From Candidatus Pelagibacterales bacterium (lineage in GTDB: Bacteria; Pseudomonadota; Alphaproteobacteria; TMED109), in NCBI GenBank assembly GCA_002715265.1, contig PAYS01000017.1, positions 66,775 to 130,774 of the forward strand: DNA of 64,000 nt, in the 5' to 3' direction. Each line of letters opens with the position of its first letter. Within the stretch, counting starts at the first letter, position 1. The position numbers were made by a program, and so were the translations under genes. Of this stretch, positions 58,194 to 64,000 are shown piece after piece. Under the pieces are notes generated by a model, which worked only from the letters and a program-made list of their open reading frames with translations, ran no database searches and was not told the DNA's origin.

Positions 58194-59093
58194 ATGAACG
58201 CAAGAATTTTAAATGGTAAAGAGATTGCAGCAGAGCTTAGAACATGTGTTGCTAAAGCTGTGACATATTTAAACAAACAAAGTGTTTACCCGGGTTTAGC
58301 TACAATATTAGTTGGGAGAGATTCTGCCAGTAGTGTCTATGTGGCTAATAAATCACGATTAGCTAAAGAATTAGGAATTAAATCATTTCAGTATAATTTA
58401 GAAGAAAATATTACAGAAAAAGAATTGATAAAATTAATTCATGAACTTAATGATAATCATGAAGTAGATGGTATATTGGTTCAATTACCTCTTCCTAAAC
58501 ATATAAATACAGACATAATTTTAGATACAATTAAACCAAATAAAGATGTTGATGGCTTTCATACAATAAATGCCGGAAACTTATATTTAAATAGAAAGGC
58601 TGTAATACCTTGTACTCCTCTAGGTTGCTTAATTATGCTTCGCAGTTTGAAAGTATCTTTACATGGACTAAGAGCTGTAATTATTGGGAGAAGTAATATT
58701 GTTGGAAAACCAATGTCTCAACTATTGTTAAAAGAAAATTGCACAGTAACCGTTGTTCATTCTTATACAAAAAATATTAAAGAAATAGTCAAAGAGTCAG
58801 ATATTGTTGTGGCTGCATTAGGAATTGCAAATTATGTAAAAGAAAGTTGGATAAAACCTGGAGCAATTGTAATAGATGTAGGTATTAACAGGATAAAAGA
58901 AAATGGAAAAAATAAGCTAGTTGGTGATGTAGAATTTGATAAAATAAAAAATATTGCTTCAGCAATTACTCCTGTTCCAGGAGGAGTTGGGCCTATGACT
59001 ATTGCATGTTTGCTTATGAATACTGTTTTACAATGTAGCAGTAATAATAATATAGAACTAGACAATAATAATTTTAAAAAATTTATAAAATAG
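58194..59093 (+). CDS. folD: Methylenetetrahydrofolate dehydrogenase/cyclohydrolase
   Basis: GILVQLPLP, KDVDG, PCTP, GRSNIVGKP, IDVGINR, TPVPGGVGPMT. Confidence 0.98.
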   Translation: MNARILNGKEIAAELRTCVAKAVTYLNKQSVYPGLATILVGRDSASSVYVANKSRLAKELGIKSFQYNLEENITEKELIKLIHELNDNHEVDGILVQLPLPKHINTDIILDTIKPNKDVDGFHTINAGNLYLNRKAVIPCTPLGCLIMLRSLKVSLHGLRAVIIGRSNIVGKPMSQLLLKENCTVTVVHSYTKNIKEIVKESDIVVAALGIANYVKESWIKPGAIVIDVGINRIKENGKNKLVGDVEFDKIKNIASAITPVPGGVGPMTIACLLMNTVLQCSSNNNIELDNNNFKKFIK

Positions 59094-59955
59094 ACGACCA
59101 GTTTGTCCACCATTTAGGCTTCAAAAATTTAATTTTATTTTTCGCATTAATAGCATTGTTTTGAGTATCAAAAATACCAAAACACGTTGGTCCGCTTCCT
59201 GACATACTGTAAAAAATTATTCCTTCTTGCCTGGAGAGAAGTTTTTGAGCATCTGTAACAGAAGGCTCAATTTTTTCGGCATAAAATTTTAGGTCATTTT
59301 TAAATAAATGATTAAAATGTTTTGGATTGTTATTATTGTTGATTGTTTTACGGTTAAAATTATCAAAGATGTTTTTAGTAGAAATTTCTTTATTTGGAGT
59401 AACTAAAACAATCCATTTATAGGAACAAACAACAGTTTTTGTATTATATGATATGTTTTTAATTATTTCTCCAATATTTTTCATGGTAATTTTTTTTGAA
59501 TGTAAACAGGCAGGAACATCTGCTCCTAGTTCTCTTGATATTTCATAAGAATAATTATTTATAAGTTTGCTCAATTTAATATTGTATATTTTTGCCAACA
59601 CTTTTAAAGTAGCAGCTGCATCTGATGACCCTCCGCCTATTCCAGAGGCAATGGGTAAATTTTTTTTTATTTTTATTACTATATCATTTTCAATATTATA
59701 TTTTTTTATAAATAATAAAGCAGCTTTATAACAGAGGTTATCTTTACCTAAATTTTTTATTTTTTTAGAAAAGGGTCCTGTACTTTCAATATATATATTT
59801 TTTTTTCTAGAATTCAGAACTTTTAAGCTAATTGTGTCATATATATTTATAAAAATTACATGTGATTCTATATTATGATAACCATCCGTTCTTTTATTTA
59901 AAATCTTTAAGGATAAGTTAATTTTTGCAAAAGCTTTTTCTTTAAAGGTTGTCAT
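59083..59955 (-). CDS. ispE: 4-diphosphocytidyl-2-C-methyl-D-erythritol kinase
   Basis: AKINLSL, DGYH, PIASGIGGGSSDAA, GADVP, MSGSGPT. Start moved to ATG 59955. Confidence 0.93.
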   Translation of the reverse strand: MTTFKEKAFAKINLSLKILNKRTDGYHNIESHVIFINIYDTISLKVLNSRKKNIYIESTGPFSKKIKNLGKDNLCYKAALLFIKKYNIENDIVIKIKKNLPIASGIGGGSSDAAATLKVLAKIYNIKLSKLINNYSYEISRELGADVPACLHSKKITMKNIGEIIKNISYNTKTVVCSYKWIVLVTPNKEISTKNIFDNFNRKTINNNNNPKHFNHLFKNDLKFYAEKIEPSVTDAQKLLSRQEGIIFYSMSGSGPTCFGIFDTQNNAINAKNKIKFLKPKWWTNWSSIL

Positions 59956-59959
59956 AGAA

Positions 59960-61657
59960 TTAAATAGGTTTAGAACCGTCATTCACTCCTTTTTTAGGAA
60001 TAATTTTTTTATTAATTTTGTCTTCTAATATCTGCTTTAATTCCTCAGTAGGGTTAAACTTTAGTGCTCTTTTCCACTGAAATACAGCTTCTATTTTTCT
60101 ATTTGAATAAAATAGTGCATCGCCTAAATGATCTATTATAATAGAGTCACTAAGTAATTCTGATGCCCTTTCTAAATTTATTACGGCATTTTCATAATCA
60201 CCAATTTGATAGTATGCCCATCCTAGGCTATCTACAATATATCCATCTTCAGGTCTTTGTTGCACTGCTTTTTTAATCATGGACATGGCCGAATCTATAT
60301 TTATACCTTTGTCAATCCAAGAATAACCGAGATAATTCAAAACTTGAGGATTGTTAGGTACAAACTCTAGTGCGTAAAGAAAATATTTTTCCGCTTTATC
60401 CCAATTATCACTTCTTTCTAAAGAAATAGCTAAAGAGTAAAGTAAGGGCCAGTGTTTATATTCTATTTTTTCAAAACTATTAATAATGTTTTCATATATA
60501 AATGCAGATTTACCAAAATCTTCGTCCTGATAATGTAATTCAGCTATTTTTCTCGAAAAGTTTATATTATTAATATTACTATTTTGTAAATCTTCTAAAT
60601 AATTAATGGCGGGAATTAAACCTTGATTACTGTAAATTATTTCTGAGATGGCAATATCTGCATCATATGATAAGTAAGAGTTATTTGATACATTTTTAAA
60701 ATAGTTCAAAGCTCTATTATTATTATCTATGGATTCAAATATCCTTCCTAACAAATAATTTGCTTCATCTGAATTAGAATTTAGGTATTTAGACATTTGA
60801 GCATATGTTAAGGCTTGAACATATAAACCTTCATTGTGTAATAATTCTGCACTATTTAACAATATTTCAGCTATTCCATCTTTTGATGAAGTAATTATAT
60901 TTCCAGTTTTTAAAGACTTTTCATTTCTGAAAGCTATTAATTCATTGCTATAAGGATCTAATCTTTCCAACTTATCAAGGGTTTCATCTCTTAAATTATT
61001 TTTACCAATGCTTTCAAAAAATAATGCCGCTTTTATAAATACATTAGCATTAGCAGAATTAGACCTTTTAACTACATTTTCATAGTTTAATAATGCAGCT
61101 TCTGAATTACCCATATATTCGTTTATTAGGGCTAAATGATAGCCATATATAGGAGCTAAAACGCCCCTTTCAGCTTCTTGGGCTATAATTTCTAATCCTT
61201 CCGGGTTAATATCATTTTCAGCTGCTGCCCAAGCTTGTAAAATAGGAAGTATGTAGGTGTCTATACCACTTGGTGTTATATTTTTAAAAATATCTAATAC
61301 ATTGTCATAGTTGTTATTACTAATTTGTTTTATTGCTTCTGCATATTGTGCAATTGAAACTTCAGGCATATTTTTAGCTACTTTAGAACTAATTGATATT
61401 GCTTCATCTAATTGACCATTAGCTATTAATGCTTCTAAAGCTATTAAAGCTAAACCATTTGATTTAGTATTACGATTATAAGCATATTTAGCATAATAAG
61501 CTGATGATTCTATGTCAGGAATGGTTCTAGCAATTTTGCTACTCAAAAAAGCTCCAACGTGGTTAGGTATCCAGTCTCTGGCTAAAGTTTGTAGGGGTAC
61601 AAATAAATACAATAATATTAGAATTGTCTTTAAAAATTTAAATAAAAAAGGTAACAC
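59960..61657 (-). CDS. Exported tetratricopeptide repeat protein
   Basis: Signal peptide, TPR helices, VLNYLGYSW, DSLGWAYY, DHLGD..W motifs; usual position upstream of ispE. Confidence 0.9.
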   Translation of the reverse strand: MLPFLFKFLKTILILLYLFVPLQTLARDWIPNHVGAFLSSKIARTIPDIESSAYYAKYAYNRNTKSNGLALIALEALIANGQLDEAISISSKVAKNMPEVSIAQYAEAIKQISNNNYDNVLDIFKNITPSGIDTYILPILQAWAAAENDINPEGLEIIAQEAERGVLAPIYGYHLALINEYMGNSEAALLNYENVVKRSNSANANVFIKAALFFESIGKNNLRDETLDKLERLDPYSNELIAFRNEKSLKTGNIITSSKDGIAEILLNSAELLHNEGLYVQALTYAQMSKYLNSNSDEANYLLGRIFESIDNNNRALNYFKNVSNNSYLSYDADIAISEIIYSNQGLIPAINYLEDLQNSNINNINFSRKIAELHYQDEDFGKSAFIYENIINSFEKIEYKHWPLLYSLAISLERSDNWDKAEKYFLYALEFVPNNPQVLNYLGYSWIDKGINIDSAMSMIKKAVQQRPEDGYIVDSLGWAYYQIGDYENAVINLERASELLSDSIIIDHLGDALFYSNRKIEAVFQWKRALKFNPTEELKQILEDKINKKIIPKKGVNDGSKPI

Positions 61658-61804
61658 GGCAATTTCCTTATTGAATTTTAGAATAATATATTATACTAAT
61701 GCAATCGTAATTTAGATTTCTTTATACTATTATAGTACATTTTTTGAAGTTTAATAAAAATAATTTATTATATTATTTATAATATATAAAAAATAGAGGA
61801 AACA

Positions 61805-61999
61805 ATGGCTATTACAAAAAATAACCCTGCGGCTAGGGGTGCAAAACAAAAAGATAAGACATTTAATGGTAAAGTAGCGAAACCAGTAAAATATATAGGA
61901 ACCTGGCTAGGGCATGGAAATTATATTGCCGCGCAAGATGAGTCAGGAAAGCTTATTAAAGATAAGGATGGTCGTCCTATTCCTTACGGATCAATTTAA
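61805..61999 (+). CDS. Small basic hypothetical protein, 64 aa
   Basis: Strong AGAGGA RBS before ATG, protein-like composition, markedly GC-richer than the flanking intergenic DNA. Confidence 0.75.
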   Translation: MAITKNNPAARGAKQKDKTFNGKVAKPVKYIGTWLGHGNYIAAQDESGKLIKDKDGRPIPYGSI

Positions 62000-62013
62000 C
62001 TGAAGTTACTGTT

Positions 62014-62739
62014 TTGAGGAAATCATCTAGTAATCACGATTATACGACTATTTTAAAATGGTTGTCTGATATGGGTGAAGAACAGTCTTTGTTGCAAGAA
62101 CCTAAAAAGCATAATTTTGTTAAAAATGATACTAAGTTGGAGAGAAGAGAAGAAGCATCATTCAACAGTGAAGAAATAATTTCATTAGTGAATGATTTTA
62201 AAGATTTAGAAAATTTCTTTTCTAAATATATTACTTTGGCTTTTTTAAAAGACTATCCTGAGTATAATTTTTATGATGGTAATATTTCTTCTGATCTGAT
62301 GGTTATAGGAGATAGGCCTTCAAATATTGATCTAAAAGTTGGTAAACCTTTTCAAGGGGAGGTTGGAAAATTATTAGATGCTATGCTTAAGGCAATAAAA
62401 TTTGATAGAAATAATACTTATTTTTCTAATTTAAATTATATTGACTCTATAAAAAATGAATATAACGACCTATTTCTTGCATTTATTCATAAACAAATTC
62501 AACTAGTTTCTCCAAAGATTATAATTATGTTTGGAGCAGAAGTAACCAAAACTATGACAGGAGAAGATAATGGTATATTTGCTAGTAGAGGAAAGTGGTT
62601 CAATCTAAAATCTAGGTTCATAAATACTAGCTTTTTGGCTATTTCAATGTTTCATCCAAGACAACTTATAGTTAAACCTGAAAATAAAAAAGAATCCTGG
62701 ATAGACCTTAAAGAGATTAGACAAAAATATACTTTTTAA
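62014..62739 (+). CDS. Uracil-DNA glycosylase family 4-like, degenerate motifs
   Basis: DGN...LMVIG..P, GKPF.G..GKLLDAML.AI, RGKW, FHP, W.DL; usual position upstream of a lytic transglycosylase. Confidence 0.8.
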   Translation: MRKSSSNHDYTTILKWLSDMGEEQSLLQEPKKHNFVKNDTKLERREEASFNSEEIISLVNDFKDLENFFSKYITLAFLKDYPEYNFYDGNISSDLMVIGDRPSNIDLKVGKPFQGEVGKLLDAMLKAIKFDRNNTYFSNLNYIDSIKNEYNDLFLAFIHKQIQLVSPKIIIMFGAEVTKTMTGEDNGIFASRGKWFNLKSRFINTSFLAISMFHPRQLIVKPENKKESWIDLKEIRQKYTF

Positions 62740-62797
62740 TCATATATTTTTATATTTTTATATAGTATTTATGTTTTCTAATTAGGTAGGAAGTTTA

Positions 62798-64000
62798 TTG
62801 TTATTTATTTTTAAAATATTTTATTTTTTAATTTTTATTTTTGTAAGTTATGGGCTTAATGCACAGGAATTAAAAATTCAAGAGAATTATTTTTACCACC
62901 AACTTGTTGCTTTGAATAAAAAGAATAATTTAAATATTATAATGTCAGATCAAGATATAAAAAAATATAAAAATATATTTGATTTGCAAAAAGAAGGAAA
63001 ATGGAAAAAGGCTAAAAATATTATTGAAACGTTAGATAATGATATTTTGTTAGGACATGTAAAATATCAAAAACTCATGCATCCAACTAAATATAGATCA
63101 CCCTATATTGAGCTTAAAGATTGGTTGGAAGAGTATAGTGATCATCCGATGGCGATAAGAATATGGAAATTAGCTGAAAGAAGAAAACCAGAAGGATCAA
63201 AACCATTATTTAAACCAAAAATATTAGAGAGACTATCTGGTTATGGAATGGATAAAAATAATGTTATTCCTTTCAAAGATTTTAATATTGCTAAAAAATA
63301 TTATAAGTATTATGCAAAAATTAGAAATTTAGTTAAGAGAGGCAGGCCCACTGCAGCTCTTAGGTTTTTAAATAATACTGAAGACTTGCCGCAAGTAATT
63401 TATGATGATCTTAGAGGTATTATATCAGCAGGTTATTTTTCTGTTGGTAAAGACAAATCATCATTTAAGTTAGCAATTAATTCAGCTAGCAGATCCGGAA
63501 ATGTAAACCCTATATTATATTGGCGCGCAGGTTTAGCTGCCTATAGGTTAAATAATAAGGATATTGCCCTCAAAAATTTTTATAAATTAACGGATTTGAA
63601 AGTTAGTCATTGGTTAAAATCTGCCGGAGCATTTTGGGTAGCTAAAATTAATAAAGAAAATAATAATTTAGAAGAAATAGATAAGTATTTATTAATAGCG
63701 TCAAAACAAAGTGATACTTTTTATGGGCAACTAGCTATTGAAATATTAGGTTTAAAGGATCCTATAAATTGGAAATTAAATAATCCTGGAGAAATTTTTA
63801 AAATGGATATATTTAAAAATATTCATTTGAAACGTGCAATAGCTTTGTCAGTAGTAGGCAGATATGGTGAAGCTGACCAAGAAATAAGATACTTATACAG
63901 TAAATTTAAAGAAAATAAATTAGAGGAAATGCTTGAGTTAACTAATTTCTTAAGTTTGCCGGCTGTTCAAATTAGGATAGGGGATAAATTAGAGCAGAGA
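62798..64000 (+). CDS. Soluble lytic transglycosylase (Slt-like), 3'-truncated by window edge
   Basis: Manual translation from TTG 62798 (AGGAAG RBS): signal peptide, then DIKKYKNIFDLQKEGKW...LLGHV...HPTKYRS...LKDWL..YSDHP, WRAGLAA, FYGQLA. Catalytic domain lies beyond the window. Confidence 0.8.
   Translation, partial: MLFIFKIFYFLIFIFVSYGLNAQELKIQENYFYHQLVALNKKNNLNIIMSDQDIKKYKNIFDLQKEGKWKKAKNIIETLDNDILLGHVKYQKLMHPTKYRSPYIELKDWLEEYSDHPMAIRIWKLAERRKPEGSKPLFKPKILERLSGYGMDKNNVIPFKDFNIAKKYYKYYAKIRNLVKRGRPTAALRFLNNTEDLPQVIYDDLRGIISAGYFSVGKDKSSFKLAINSASRSGNVNPILYWRAGLAAYRLNNKDIALKNFYKLTDLKVSHWLKSAGAFWVAKINKENNNLEEIDKYLLIASKQSDTFYGQLAIEILGLKDPINWKLNNPGEIFKMDIFKNIHLKRAIALSVVGRYGEADQEIRYLYSKFKENKLEEMLELTNFLSLPAVQIRIGDKLEQR

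Noticed and set aside
4365..61715. The many short antisense or alternative-frame ORFs in the track (e.g. 21309-21830, 40416-40898, 53581-54018, 34137-34499, 28351-28683)
   Set aside because: All lie wholly or largely within well-supported genes, lack RBS and motifs, and show the Ile/Ser/Phe/Leu-rich composition expected from reading the reverse strand of AT-rich coding DNA.
1..64000. CRISPR arrays, IS elements, prophage, toxin-antitoxin or other defence systems
   Set aside because: No spaced direct repeats, transposase, integrase, phage or defence-type ORFs. The longest intergenic gap is under 300 nt.

Overview
AT-rich, very gene-dense (streamlined) segment of an alphaproteobacterial chromosome, probably a free-living marine lineage. 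The taxon is inferred from gene order (argH-lysA-TIGR02302, Rrf2-sufBCDS-sufT-sufA, coq7-dsbB-yqaA, ribF-ileS-lspA-DUF3035, xseA-M23, lpxL-lpxK-waaA-pmbA, ispE-TPR-UDG-Slt). It holds about 52 CDS and two tRNAs (Leu-CAA, Gln-TTG), nearly all housekeeping: amino-acid synthesis, gltBD, a SUF operon with an IscR-type operator, lipid A, mutL, purD, folD and ispE. I found no integrase, transposase, prophage, CRISPR array or defence system, and nothing here proves an entirely new system. The best leads are: (1) a stand-alone periplasmic SoxY-SoxZ fusion plus SoxH-like metallohydrolase pair lacking its usual quinoprotein or Sox partners; (2) a Cys-free family-4 uracil-DNA glycosylase with eroded motifs, preceded by an unknown 64-aa protein; (3) a MaoC-radical SAM-ApaG-TrkH run; (4) a complete convergent polyamine cluster next to a NUDIX/LACTB2 pair; (5) KorAB beside tRNA-Gln; (6) a missed 42-aa LptM/LppL-like lipoprotein; (7) local absence of ftsEX; and (8) no room for terminators at any convergent gene junction. 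Family assignments come from recognising motifs by eye; no database searches were run.
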